The translations under genes and the position numbers were made by a program. Positions 40,770 through 54,790 of a DNA stretch of 64,000 nt are shown one piece after another (the first letter of the stretch is position 1; every line of letters starts with the position of its first letter). Source of the DNA: Eledone cirrhosa (taxonomy: Eukaryota); contig OZ024757.1 in NCBI GenBank assembly GCA_964016885.1, positions 22,692,001-22,756,000 of the forward strand, read 5' to 3'. A model generated the notes under the pieces. That model saw only the letters and a list, made by a program, of their open reading frames with translations, made no database searches and was not told where the DNA came from.

Positions 40770-40850
40770 GCTCTACTGAGGAATGATTCCTACCGCGACT
40801 AATCCCACTGAAAAGTTTCGTGAAATAGTCTTTTTAAGACTATATAGAGC
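40770..40850 (+). ncRNA. Type I hammerhead ribozyme with full-length stem III
   Basis: gctcta-CTGAGGA-atga(..)tcgt-GAAA-tagtctt-ttt-aagacta-TA-tagagc: 6-bp stem I, 8-bp stem III, AUA cleavage triplet. Confidence 0.8.
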
Positions 40851-41098
40851 ATTTGTAGTCTTTCCAAATTGAAGGATGAGTATTTAAACTTTTTTTATTC
40901 TGAGTTAAGACTCAATTGGTTTTTTCCCCTGGATTTCACAAAATGTGTGGATAAAATCTGTCTTGATTTTTTTTTTAATTGAGTTTGAATTATTTTCCCA
41001 TTTCATACGTTAATTATTTTCCATTTTGACATTATAGTCACTTATATATTATGAAATACTGTTGGCTTCACGCTCACAATAATTTCTATATTTTCATT

Positions 41099-41129
<31 letters not shown>

Positions 41130-41343
41130 ATATATATACTAGTTATGTATTTTTCTTTATGTGTTTATGTGTATGGGTGTGAGAGATAGTATTTGCATGT
41201 ATATTTACATAGGTATGCAATTGTTTGCACAGAAAGAGATATATATTCACAAATAATATATGCACTTGTATATAATTCTTTATACACATATATATATATA
41301 GAAGTATGTATGTATATATATATATATACATGTATGTGTATAT

Positions 41344-41385
<42 letters not shown>

Positions 41386-41914
41386 TCTATATACACACAC
41401 ACATATATCTCTCTCTTTATATATATATACACACATGTATGACTATAAATACATATACATGCATATATATATATATACATATATATATATAGAGAGAGAA
41501 TTGCACATAGTCACAAATTATAGATAATCAGATACGTTTGAAGCTAGAAATATGGATAATTTGCTAATACAATTATATGATTACCTATATGGAAAACAGA
41601 AGATTGCAAACATATTTTTTTTTATTACTTTTAATCAGCAGATTTTAAATAGAATTATGTTATTGATAAATACCCTGCTATCATGTTGTCGCTTCCTAGT
41701 AATCTTATCATTGCTTTTTATATATCTTGTTGTTTAACTGGCTATAGTAATAGCAATTTCATAGCATTCCCTTCATGATCATCTTTCTATCTAATTATTT
41801 AACACAGATAATTTCTCATCTGCATATTGTAATTCTAATGTCCATCTCTATATAATTCGTTTTTATTTGTCTTTATCTTTTTCCAAATTTTCAATGATTT
41901 TTTTTTTAAGATGT

Positions 41915-42405
41915 GGAGGTACATGGCTTAGTGGTAAGGGTGTTGGACTTATGATAATAATATTGAAGGTTCAATTCTTGACCTGGGTTGTGTTGTGTTC
42001 TTGAGCAAAACACTTCATTTTATGTTGCTCCAGTATACTCAGTGGAGGCATATGGCCTAGTGGTAAGGGTTATGATCATAATGTTGTGGGTTTGATTCCT
42101 GGACTCGGTTGTGTGTTGTGTGTTTGAGCGAAACACTTCATTTAACTCTACTGAAAATGAGTACCATCAATAACTGGGGGTTTAACCCTGCAATGGACTG
42201 TCATCCTGTCCAGTGGGAAGTCTCATACTCTCAGAAACTACGATAAGCCCTAGCCTGATGATCCCCCAGGCTTGAGACAGACTTTAACCCTATGATGGAC
42301 TAGCATCTTGTCCAAGGGTAGTCTTGTACTCTCAGTTACTTCACACCATGGAAACTGGGATAAACCCTGGGCTGCTGAGCCTTTGGGCTAGAGACAGACT
42401 TTAGT
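41915..42405 (+). mobile_element. Old tRNA-headed SINE copies (related to the family A head/central domain)
   Basis: Two tggc.tagtggtaaggg heads, each with a cttgagcaaaacacttca-like central motif. Confidence 0.65.
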
Positions 42406-42459
42406 GATAGATGATGATGATGATGATGATGAGAATTTATGAGAAGAGAGATGGATTTA

Positions 42460-43095
42460 TCCACATATATAAAACTGAGGATGTGTGTGTGTGTCTGTGA
42501 GTTTGAATCCCTAAAACTCGAGAAGTACCCAACCGATTTTTTTTCAAACTTTACACGTGTATTACTTATGTTTCAGGGAGTGTTATGCACATAATTCAAC
42601 TTTTTGATTCCCTAGGGCCCGTATTAGGTGAAAAGCTGCGTTTTTTCAGCTTTTTAGGGGTTTTTTGAGGCATTACATCAGACCGATTTCCTTGAAATTG
42701 TAACTATGTATTAGTCAGTCTCTTCTTCATACCGTGAGCAAAGAAAATCCAACTTGTTTATGGCCTAGGGCCCACATTATGTGAAAAACTTCATTTTTTC
42801 AGCTTTTAAGGGCTTTTTTGAGGTGCTACGGTCTAGCTGATTTTCCCGAAATTCCAAGGCCTATTATGCACATAAAAAAAATTCATTTTCTTGATCCCCT
42901 AGGGCCCACATTAGGTGAAAACCTGCATTTTTCCTGCTTCATCAAGGAAAATCTTGAAGATTATCCAGCCATCAGAGTATTCGGTTTATTTTCTTTACAT
43001 ATTGTCCAGGCATGCCATTTTTTCCACGATTAGGTCTGTTGATGGCCCGCGTTCCAAAATACCTTATCCCATGCAGCGCCGGGTACCACCGCTAG
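42460..43095 (+). mobile_element. Non-autonomous Helitron
   Basis: A|TC 5' end, atatataaaa plus (GT)n, aaccgattttt..aaacttt, three internal cctagggccc subrepeats, 3' GC-rich ccc..ggg hairpin then CTAG|T. Confidence 0.8.
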
Positions 43096-43282
43096 TAGAT
43101 TATAAAATGGAAAATTACATAAAAAGAAAACTAACAATCTGTCTGGACCATTACAGAATATGATGTAACAATGAATGTCACTTTCAATGCCTGATATGTT
43201 GGCTGGCCATTCCTGTTATATCTGATCACTTGTGGCCTCAATGCACTTCCAAATTGGAACATAGTTGCATAAGTAAAACAAA

Positions 43283-43481
43283 TGAGGGTGAACTGCAAAG
43301 TTCATAAGCTGACTATGAAGGAGTGATGCTGGAGCTGTGAAATTTTACATTCCTTAATTTCAACGTTTCTTATTAAGAACTGCATTGTTTCTTTGTTGGG
43401 ATTATGGTTGAAAAATAAACCTCATTTGATCATTCCATGAGAGTATCTTGGTCAGCCTATGAACTTTTCAGCTGACTCTTG
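43283..43481. mobile_element. Mariner-type MITE, uninterrupted copy
   Basis: Same family as 32318 and 60851. Confidence 0.8.
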
Positions 43482-44277
43482 CAGGGAGAAACCATCCTTT
43501 ACCAATACAAAAATAAAGTTGTATTTATTACAATTTGGAAAATAAAATGCTGCCTTCTGATTGGTTGAAAATAATGTCAACTGTTCCATGTATTTCCTGA
43601 CAGAATCATTGATTATTTAGCATTAAAAATGAGCTTTCCTAAGAATTTCCTGGATTTAGACTCATCATCGTTTTGACATCTACTTTTCGAAGCTGGTATG
43701 GGTTGGACACGACCTTTTGGGGCCATTCCAAATAAATAGGACTGCACAGGTCAGATGTGGGCTCTGCAAGCCACAGAGAAGGCAGTCCATCTAAAAAAAA
43801 CAACCACTGAGAATAATTATGACTGCTGGGATAGATGTGGTTTCTGTAAGTCACAGAGGGGATAGTCTGTCTAGAAGAACAGTCATTCTGAATAAATATA
43901 TCTACATAGGGTACATATTAGTTTCACAATCTACAGAGAAGGCAACCCATCTAAGAGAGCAGTCACTCAAAATAAATAACACTACACGGAGTAGACGTGG
44001 CTCTGCAAACCTTAGCTAAGTCAACCCATTTAAGAGAGAAGTTACTCTCAAGTAAAACTGATGTGGGGTAGAGAGGATTGTTCTGTTCAGTAAAACAGCT
44101 ACTTTAATGCTGGTGGCATGAAGAAATACACGAGGCTGTAAAGTAGTTGGTGATAGGAAGGGTGTCCAGCCAGAAAATACTTTGCCAAAATTATGACCAG
44201 CACAGAAGTCCAACACATGCCAGCATGGAAAAACTGACATGTGATGATGATGATGATGATGATAAAGGTGATGATAG

Positions 44278-44309
<32 letters not shown>

Positions 44310-44374
44310 GTGAAATTGATGATGACAATGATGAAGTCGATGATAGTGATGATGATGATGATGATGAAGTATAT

Positions 44375-44405
<31 letters not shown>

Positions 44406-44589
44406 GTATATTGATGTAAATAATGCTCTCTAAAAGACAAAAATTCATAAATTGCTAGGCTGTGAGCATTTTATGGGCTGTATGTTCAAACCTCTCCCCG
44501 AAGTGTTTCTCTCTAACAATACATGTAATAAAATCATTGAAAAATTATTTTTTTAAAAATGACATAAAAATTAATGTGAGAATTACTAC

Positions 44590-44645
44590 ATACATACATA
44601 CACATATATACATACATACATACATACATGCATGCACACACACAA

Positions 44646-44703
<58 letters not shown>

Positions 44704-44725
44704 TTTCTAGCTCAATTTATACCTT

Positions 44726-44786
<61 letters not shown>

Positions 44787-45059
44787 TATATACATACAAA
44801 CAAACATATGTACATACATACATATATACATACATACATACATGCATACATGCATACACACACAAAAAAAAAAAAAAATATATATATATTGAGTTTCTAA
44901 CTCAATTTATACCTTTGATATATATCTATATATATATATACGCACATATATACATACACACAAACATATGTACATACATACATATATACATACATACATG
45001 CATACACACACAAAAATACATATATATATATATAGAGTTTCTAACTCAATTTATACCTT

Positions 45060-45108
<49 letters not shown>

Positions 45109-45218
45109 TATATACATACACACAAACATATGTACATACATATATACATACATACATACATGCATACACACACAAAAATACATATATATATATATTGAGT
45201 TTCTAAATCAATTTATAC

Positions 45219-45260
<42 letters not shown>

Positions 45261-45330
45261 TATATACATACACACAAACATACGTACATACATACATACA
45301 TATACATACATACACCCACACAAAAAAACT
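44590..45330. repeat. Compound tandem repeat (~4 units) of microsatellite plus gagtttctaactcaatttatacctttg
   Basis: The unique spacer recurs at 44701, 44891, 45034 and 45197. Confidence 0.85.
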
Positions 45331-45659
45331 ACTGTGTGAGTAGAGATATTTCTGAAAAACACAACAACAGACGATGAGAGTATATAAAATGTCTGTTATT
45401 GCGGCCAGTTAAACGTAATTATTGTGGCCTTTTTATTGCTATGTCTACTAAATGTAGTGTTGTTTGTCTTTTAAATGAAGACAGCTACCATGAACAGTTT
45501 TGCACTTAATGCCTGTGATTTTATGGAGAAAAATGTCCTTCATTGTTCTCATAATTTGTGGATACATCACAAAATTGTAAATACATAAATAACCCATGCT
45601 AGCGTGGAAAACGGACGTTAAACGAAGATGATGAGGATGGGGATTAAGTAGATATTTTC

Positions 45660-46050
45660 ATATGTGGGGTGTAAATGTGTGAGAAAAGCAGAGCTTGGTT
45701 GAATTGTGGGAGAAACTGGGTCTAAGAGGAATCAGAAGTGATGTGCAGTGTAAATGTTAGAGAAAAGCAGAGCTTGGTTGAATTGTGGGAGAAACTGGGT
45801 CTAAGAGGAATCAGAAGTGATGTGCAATGTAAATGTTTGAGAAAGGCAGAGTTTGGGGGAACTGAGGGAGAAACTGGGTTTTAAGAGGAATCTGAATTGG
45901 TGTGAAAGAGAGGAGACGGCATTGGCATGGGCATGTGATGTGCATGGATGATGATCATTGGGTGAAGAAGTGCCAGGAAATCCCAATGGAAGGAAGCTGA
46001 AGTAAAGGTAGACTGAGGAAGACATGGGTAGATGTGGTGAATGCTTTGCT
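45660..46050 (+). pseudogene. Degenerate RTE fragment with internal tandem triplication
   Basis: Homologous to 39820-40010; gtaaatg..gagaaa.gcagag..gagaaactggg..taagagga occurs three times. Confidence 0.7.
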
Positions 46051-46077
46051 TGGATAAACAGACGATAAGCCGTCTGT

Positions 46078-46278
46078 GTAGTATAGTATTACTGTTGAAA
46101 ATATATAGTATAGTATGACTGCTGAAAACATATAGTATAGTATTACTGTTGAAAATATATAGTACAGTATTACTGTTGAAAATATATAGTATAGTATAGT
46201 ATTACTGTTGAAAATATATAGTACAGTATCACAGTTGAAAACATATAGTATAGTATTACTGTTGAAAATATATAGTAC
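46078..46278. repeat. ~28-30-bp minisatellite
   Basis: gtatagtattactgttgaaaatatata x ~7. Confidence 0.88.
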
Positions 46279-46587
46279 ACACACTATAGATACATATACA
46301 CACACTATATATACATACACACACAGATAGTGAGGTCAATGTACAGAATGGTTTTCATAATACAGACAGCCAGGCATAGAGAGACATATTATAAGGGTGC
46401 AACGTTATAGCTATGTATCTATCTAAAAAGACAGACTAAGAAAGAGAGAGGAATGTTGTATATTATGTTCTCAATATTAAGGTATATAAATATTGAGCTT
46501 TGTCATATATTACTCACTACCATGACTGAATAAAGTGTCTTGCCCAAGGAAACAACACATCCTTGAGCAAGACACTTTATTCATATA

Positions 46588-46860
46588 GACCGGCTGATGT
46601 GTTGTTTCCTTGAGCAAGACACTTTATTTCACATTGCCCCAGTTTACTCAGCTGTAGAAATGAGATGATAGGACTGGGGTCCCTATCATTCCACTGCAAA
46701 GTGGTCATGGAGGTGCCACGGCAAAAAAAGCACCCAGCCCACACTGTAAATGTGGTTGGTGTTAGGAAGGGCATCCAGCTGTAGAAATCAAGCCAGAATC
46801 AGTTCCCGTCCCACCCTTGCAAGCAGGCAAAAGCGGACGTAAAATGATGATGATTATGAT
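46588..46860 (+). mobile_element. 5'-truncated SINE family A
   Basis: Body and tail. Confidence 0.88.
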
Positions 46861-46880
46861 ATATATATATATATATATAT

Positions 46881-47230
46881 ATATTGTTATACTTTGGGAG
46901 GGTCATGTTGCCAATAAGAAACACACGCACCAGTTGCTTTCACTTCAATTTAATTTAATATATATTTATAAATTTACAAATTTATAAATTTCTGGTTGGT
47001 TGGTTGGTTCCACAGCCAGATAGTTGTTTATATATATATATAGTCATAGTTCTTTCGTCACACACTCTGTGACCTCTTCAGTGACTGGGGATTTCTTTCT
47101 TCGTTTCTGTGCCTTTCCTTTCTTCTATCCTACGCCATTTTGGCAACATGACCCTCCCAAAGTATAACAATATCGGTTTCAACACACGATTTCAGATAAA
47201 GAATCTTGCTAAACAAATTCAGAAACGAAA
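46881..47230 (-). mobile_element. Penelope-like pLTR remnant with inverted terminal duplication and hammerhead (47042-47086)
   Basis: Minus strand: agtca-CTGAAGA-ggtcacagagtgtgtgac-GAAA-gaac-TA-tgact. 46881-46914 is inverted at 47140-47173. Flanked by (TA)n and homologous to 53631-53940. Confidence 0.8.
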
Positions 47231-47707
47231 TATATATATATATATATATACATACACATATTTGTAATATGTTTTATGTGGTGACAACATGAAGATTTGT
47301 TAAACAATCGTGAATTTATAGGGTTGATGCCTGGGCGAGTGCTTTGACAATTGCCCATTAAATGTAAAAATAGTGAAGTCAGGAAACATTGTAACTCACA
47401 ATGCAGTGTTGTAATATCACAGTCTGCAAACTCTTAAAAATTATAGAGATAAAAATCTCATATATTGAATAAATATCTGCTGTTTGTTTTATCTAGAATT
47501 ATTAGATGAAAGAACATTTATGAAACATAATGTGCTTTGTTTACTTGCAGAGAATGGTATGGTAAGGCTCCATAACTCCCGATGGAGCTGCAAGGGCGGC
47601 ATATTGACATACAGTATTTCTTGGCCATTTTTAAGCCTGGCAGAGCACATCTCCTCTGTAGGCCTGAGTACAGCAGATTTCTTCCAGAGAAGGCTAGAAA
47701 GCAGGGG

Positions 47708-47740
<33 letters not shown>

Positions 47741-47759
47741 TATGTAGAGGAAGAATCGA

Positions 47760-47908
47760 CACCAGTATTTCACTGGTAATTTTTTCGATCTCAAAAGGAT
47801 GTAAAGCAATGCTGAGCTTGGTGGGATTTGAACTCAGGGAATAGAGAGCTGGAACAAATGTCACAATGCATTTTATCCGACATTTTAATGACTCTGTCAA
47901 TTTGCCGC
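47760..47908 (-). mobile_element. Old SINE B-like copy abutting the minisatellite
   Basis: ggcggcaaattgacag head and gagttcaaatccc B box on the minus strand. Confidence 0.6.
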
Positions 47909-50900
47909 CTACAATTCCTCACCCTTGCAGAGATTACTGCCCCCTACAATTCCTCACCCTTGCAGAGATTACTGCCCCCTACAATTCCTCACCCTTGCAG
48001 AGATTACTGCCCCCTATAATTCCTCACCCTTGCAGAGATTACTGCCCCCTATAATTCCTCACCCTTGCAGAGATTACTGCCCCCTATAATTCCTCACCCT
48101 TGCAGGGATTACTGCCTCCTATAATTCCTCACCCTTGCAGGGATTACTGCCCCCTATAATTCCTCACCCTTGCAGGGATTACTACCCCCTATAATTCCTC
48201 ACCCTTGCAGAGATTACTACCCCCTACAATTCCTCACCCTTGCAGAGATTACTGCCCCCTACAATTCCTCACCCTTGCAGAGATTACTGCCGCGTACAAT
48301 TGCTCACCCTTACAGGGATTACTGCCAGCTACAATTCCTCACCCTTGCAGGGATTACTGCCGCCTACAATTGCTCACCCTTGCAGAGATTACTGCCAGCT
48401 ATAATTCCTCACCCTTGCAGAGATTACTGCCCCCTATAATTCCTCACCCTTGCAGGGATTACTGCCCCCTATAATTCCTCACCCTTGCAGGGATTACTGC
48501 CCCCTATAATTCCTCACCCTTGCAGGGATTACTGCCCCCTACAATTCCTCACCCTTGCAGAGATTACTGCCCCCTACAATTCCTCACCCTTGCAGAGATT
48601 ACTGCCCCCTACAATTCCTCACCCTTGCAGAGATTACTGCCCCCTACAATTCCTCACTCTTGCAGAGATTACTGCCCCCTACAATTCCTCACCCTTGCAG
48701 AGATTACTGCCGCGTACAATTCCTCACCCTTGCAGGGATTACTGCCCCCTATAATTCCTCACCCTTGCAGAGATTACTGCCCCCTATAATTCCTCACCCT
48801 TGCAGGGATTACTGCCACCTATAATTCCTCACCCTTGCAGGGATTACTGCCCCCTACAATTCCTCACCCTTGCAGGGATTACTGCCGCCTACAATTGCTC
48901 ACCCTTGCAGAGATTACTGCCAGATATAATTCCTCACCCTTGCAGGGATTACTGCCCCCTATAATTCCTCACCCTTGCAGGGATTACTACCCCCTATAAT
49001 TCCTCACCCTTGCAGAGATTACTACCCCCTATAATTCCTCACCCTTGCAGAGATTACTGCCCCCTACAATTCCTCACCCTTGCAGAGATTACTGCCACCT
49101 ACAATTGCTCACCCTTGCAGAGATTACTGCCAGCTATAATTCCTCACCCTTGCAGGGATTACTGCCCCCTATAATTCCTCACCCTTGCAGGGATTACTGC
49201 CCCCTATAATTCCTCACCCTTGCAGGGATTACTGCCCCCTATAATTCCTCACCCTTGCAGAGATTACTGCCCCCTATAATTCCTCACCCTTGCAGGGATT
49301 ACTGCCCCCTATAATTCCTCACCCTTGCAGGGATTACTGCCCCCAATAATTCCTCACCCTCGCAGGGATTACTGCCCCCTACAATTCCTCACCCTTGCAG
49401 AGATTACTGCCCCCTACAATTCCTCACCCTTGCAGAGATTACTACCCCCTATAATTCCTCACCCTTGCAGAGATTACTGCCCCCTATAATTCCTCACCCT
49501 TGCAGAGATTACTGCCCCCTATAATTCCTCACCCTTGCAGGGATTACTGCCCCCTATAATTCCTCACCCTTGCAGAGATTACTACCCCCTATAATTCCTC
49601 ACCCTTGCAGAGATTACTGCCCCCTATAATTCCTCACCCTTGCAGAGATTACTACCCCCTATAATTCCTCACCCTTGCAGGGATTACTGCCCCCTACAAT
49701 TCCTCACCCTTGCAGAGATTACTGCCCCCTACAATTCCTCACCCTTGCAGAGATTACTGCCCCCTATAATTCCTCACCCTTGCAGAGATTACTGCCCCCT
49801 ATAATTCCTCACCCTTGCAGGGATTACTGCCCCCTATAATTCCTCACCCTTGCAGGGATTACTGCCCCCTATAATTCCTCACCCTTGCAGGGATTACTGC
49901 CCCCTATAATTCCTCACCCTTGCAGGGATTACTGCCCCCTATAATTCCTCACCCTTGCAGGGATTACTGCCCCCTACAATTCCTCACCCTTGCAGAGATT
50001 ACTGCCCCCTATAATTCCTCACCCTTGCAGGATTACTACCCCCTATAATTCCTCACTCTTGCAGAGATTACTACCCCCTATAATTCCTCACCCTTGCAGG
50101 GATTACTGCCCCCTATAATTCCTCACCCTTGCAGAGATTACTGCCGCCTACAATTGCTCACCCTTGCAGGGATTACTGCCCCCTACAATTCCTCACCCTT
50201 GCAGAGATTACTGCCCCCTATAATTCCTCACCCTTGCAGAGATTACTGCCGCCTACAATTGCTCACCCTTGCAGGGATTACTGCCCCCTACAATTCCTCA
50301 CCCTTGCAGAGATTACTGCCCCCTATAATTCCTCACCCTTGCAGAGATTACTGCCCCCTATAATTCCTCACCCTTGCAGAGATTACTGCCCCCTATAATT
50401 CCTCACCCTTGCAGAGATTACTGCCCCCTATAATTCCTCACCCTTGCAGAGATTACTGCCCCCTATAATTCCTCACCCTTGCAGAGATTATTGCCCCCTA
50501 TAATTCCTCACCCTTGCAGAGATTACTGCCCCCTATAATTCCTCACCCTTGCAGGGATTACTGCCCCCTATAATTCCTCACCCTTGCAGGGATTACTGCC
50601 CCCTATAATTCCTCACCCTTGCAGAGATTACTGCCCCCTATAATTCCTCACCCTTGCAGGGATTACTGCCCCCTATAATTCCTCACCCTTGCAGGGATTA
50701 CTGCCCCCTATAATTCCTCACCCTTGCAGAGATTACTGCCCCCTATAATTCCTCACCCTTGCAGAGATTACTGCCCCCTATAATTCCTCACCCTTGCAGA
50801 GATTACTGCCCCCTATAATTCCTCACCCTTGCAGAGATTACTGCCCCCTATAATTCCTCACCCTTGCAGAGATTACTGCCCCCTATAATTCCTCACCCTT

Positions 50901-51428
50901 GCAGAGATTACTGCCAGATATAATTCCTCACCCTTGCAGAGATTACTGCCCCCTATAATTCCTCACCCTTGCAGGGATTACTGCCAGATATAATTCCTCA
51001 CCCTTGCAGAGATTACTGCCCCCTATAATTCCTCACCCTTGCAGAGATTACTGCCAGATATAATTCCTCACCCTTGCAGAGATTACTGCCCCCTATAATT
51101 CCTCACCCTTGCAGAGATTACTGCCAGATATAATTCCTCACCCTTGCAGAGATTACTGCCCGCTATAATTCCTCACCCTTGCAGAGATTACTGCCAGATA
51201 TAATTCCTCACCCTTGCAGGGATTACTGCCAGATATAATTCCTCACCCTTGCAGAGATTACTGCCAGATATAATTCCTCACCCTTGCAGGGATTACTGCC
51301 CCCTATAATTCCTCACCCTTGCAGAGATTACTGCCAGATATAATTCCTCACCCTTGCAGGGATTACTGCCAGATATAATTCCTCACCCTTGCAGAGATTA
51401 CTGCCCCCTATAATTCCTCACCCTTGCA
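47909..51428. repeat. 35-bp minisatellite, ~100 units (~3.5 kb)
   Basis: The unit is cta[t/c]aattcctcacccttgcag[a/g]gattactgcccc; gccagata variants cluster at the right end. Confidence 0.95.
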
Positions 51429-51861
51429 CTGCCATTCAGAAAACCAAAAAAGCTGGATGTGATCGCGGAAGGTAGGGGGGGGGGGGGGGCACACACACAG
51501 TTTGTCCACGACTGTAATATGATGATGATGATGATAGTGGTAATTGTGATTATTATGATGATAATGTAAATGATGATGATGAGGTGATAATGGTGATGAT
51601 GATGATGATGATGATAATGTAAATGATGATGATGAGGTGATAATGGTGATAATGATGATGATGATGATGATGATGATGACAATGTGGATTATAATGATGA
51701 TGAATACGATGATTATGATGATGGTGATGATGTATGTACCTTTGTTTTGTCAGTAAAAGAAAGAAAGAAAAACAAGCAAATAAAAGCAACAACAAATAAA
51801 AAAAATATAATATTAAAGATTGAAGAAGTTTAGTTTACATCAATACAAGATTGGGGGCAGC

Positions 51862-52770
51862 CACACACACATACATACACACACACACAGACACACACAT
51901 ACATACACACATACAAACATACATACATACATACACATATACACACATGCACATATACACACATACACACATACACATACATACATACATATATACATAC
52001 ACACACTTACATACACATACACTTACATACACACTTACATACACATATATACACACATACGTATACATACACACACACATACACACATATACATACACAC
52101 ACATAGACACACATACACACACACAGACACACATACACATACATATATACACACACAAGCACATATACACACACACACACAAACACATACATAAATACAC
52201 GCACATACATACACAAATACATACATACACATACACACACATAGACACACATACACACAAACACATATACACACACAAGCACACATACACCGACAAGCAC
52301 ATATACACACATACACACATGCACACACACACACACAAACACATACATAAATACACACACATACATACACATATACACAAATACATACATACACATACAC
52401 ACACATAGACACACAGACACACAAACACATATACACACACAAGCACACATACACCAACAAGCACATATACACACATACACACATGCACACACACACACAC
52501 AAACACATACATAAATACACACACATACATACACATATACACAAATACATACATACACATACACACACATAGACACACAGACACACAAACACATATACAC
52601 ACACAAGCACACATACACCAACAAGCACATATACACACATACACACATGCACACACACACACACATAAACACATACATAAATACACACATATACATACAC
52701 ATATACACAAATATATACATACACACACAAGCACACATACACACACATACATACCCACTCACATACATAC
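51862..52770. repeat. Compound (CA)n/(CATA)n microsatellite with higher-order duplications
   Basis: Directly visible. Confidence 0.9.
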
Positions 52771-53351
52771 CCAGACAAAAGTACAGACATGTTCACATGA
52801 CCAACTATGTAGAATATCTGATATTTAAATCTAATTAGCATGTTGAAACAGTAAAATAGTAGCTTGCCTATACAAATTTAGAGACTTATTGGCAGACAGA
52901 GTCTGTACATGTGTGTATGTAGAACACACATACATAATATATATACATATATATATATGGTGGCTGCCAACTCGTTTTCGAGTACGGCCACTACTTTATA
53001 TCCATGTAGGAGAACCCCTACCGATGCGCTGAACAACTGTGACTTTTTAGTCCAGCCAGCGACTTGAAAACTCTGGTACAAACACTACACTTGTTACAAT
53101 AATTGACACATAGTGCTGGGCCCATGGTACCATGTGACGACAAGTGCAGAGAGATCTCCAGATATAAAGCAATGCCTGTGCCGTGAAGCTTTTATAGTGA
53201 GCAAAGGCACTGCACAAAGCCAGTCCCACTCTCTTAACCAAGATGATATTTATCAAAAAGAAGAACAAGTCAACATCATTGGATACCATCAGGGTTGCAG
53301 GTGTTATATCAGAGTTTTCTTTCTCCTAGAATTCTGCCTTGACAAAGGCTA

Positions 53352-53562
53352 AGGGGTCATCTCTCCCAGTGATTTTGGATGGCCATTGACTCTTAAGAGC
53401 TCCTTTGCCCTTTGACAGGTTTTGTTTTTAGTCCTGCAGTCAAAGTCACCCTCCTCACCAAGAAACCTTGGTGGGGTTGCCAGTTTAGTCGCCAACGACC
53501 CGACCATGAGACAGGTTGTACTGGGATACATGTTACCAATAGCACCAACTGGTGACCTGACA
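53352..53562 (-). mobile_element. Non-coding repeat homologous to 63603-63820 and ~14822-15000
   Basis: Shared gtgcta.tggtaacatgta.cccagtaca..ctgtctcatggtc.ggtcgt.ggc..aaccccaccaag..gaggagggtga. Confidence 0.7.
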
Positions 53563-53630
53563 TAAACATATATATATATATATAAACACACATATATATA
53601 TATAAACACACACACACATATATATATATA

Positions 53631-54130
53631 TTTCGTTTCTGAATTTGTTTAGCAAGATTCTTTATCTGAAAACGTGTGTTGAAACCGATATTGTTATACT
53701 TTGGGAGGGTCATGTTGCCAATAAGAAACACACGCACCAGTTGCTTTCACTTCAATTTATTATAATAAATTTATAAATTTAGGAATTTATAAATTTCCGG
53801 TTGGTTGGTTGGTTCCACAACCAGATGATTGTTTATATATTGTCAAAGTTCTTTCGTCACACATTCTGTGACCTCTTCAGTGACTGGGGATTCTTTTCTT
53901 TGTTTTAGTGGCTCTCCTTTGTTCTGTCCTACGCCATCTTGTTTTTGTGTATGTTGTGTGCTTAGTTTGCGCATGTGTTACATCCGGGTGTCTGTGTGTG
54001 TTTATATTTGTTTATTTATTTGTTTATTTACATGCTACTGGTTGGTTGTTTGTTCTATGTGCGTGTGTGTTTTCATTTTGTCCTTAATTGTAAGTTGTGA
54101 TGTTGCTGTTCCATTCATGTTTTCTATTTA
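53631..54130 (-). mobile_element. Penelope-like pLTR remnant with hammerhead (53842-53884)
   Basis: Minus strand: gtca-CTGAAGA-ggtcacagaatgtgtgac-GAAA-gaac-TT-tgac, then AATAAA and a short ATG-initiated run (MTLPKYNNIGFNTRFQIKNLAKQIQKR) into (TA)n. Confidence 0.75.
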
Positions 54131-54169
54131 ATTTTGGTTGGAGTTCATTTATGTTTATTGCCTCTGTGA

Positions 54170-54385
54170 TTTGTCTAGGTTTTTCTGGGTCTGCCTACTC
54201 CGTGGCTACTGTCTATTTTGATCGCCCCGCACTTTTTATACAGCTGTCGTCTTTCATGCGCATCACGTGACCATACCAACGTAGTCTTCTCTCAAGTAAA
54301 CAGCATCTGATCCCTCTTATTCCTAATTTCTCAATTAGTTCATTTATGCTTTGCCGTTCACGTATATTACTATTACACATCCAAC
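54170..54385 (-). pseudogene. RTE LINE fragment
   Basis: RRLRWYGHVMRMKDDSCIKKCG..IDSSHG-type sequence on the minus strand. Confidence 0.75.
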
Positions 54386-54790
54386 GGATATATGTGTATA
54401 TATATATGTGTGTGTATATATATGGCCGGAGTATCGCTATTAGCTTTCTCCGATAATGTATTTATATATATATATATAATATATATATATATATATAATA
54501 TATATAATATATATATATAATATATATATATAATATATATATAATATATATATATATACATACATACATATACGTGTATATAGAGAAATATATTTATATA
54601 TATTCACACATATACATATACATTCACATATGTGCATGTATATAAGTTCTTGTATTGTTCCTTTTGGCAATGGAATCGATAAATATTCCAACAGTGTAAG
54701 TGACAGCTCAATCTATGGCAGACTCTTCCTATATTAAAACAGTCTTTAGCAGATAGGCTTTGTTTTAAGGGAGGGTGGGGGAGGGGGTAG

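Noticed and set aside
47828-50398. Repeated 'PHPCRDYCPL' ORFs
   Set aside because: They are frame-cycling translations of the 35-bp minisatellite.
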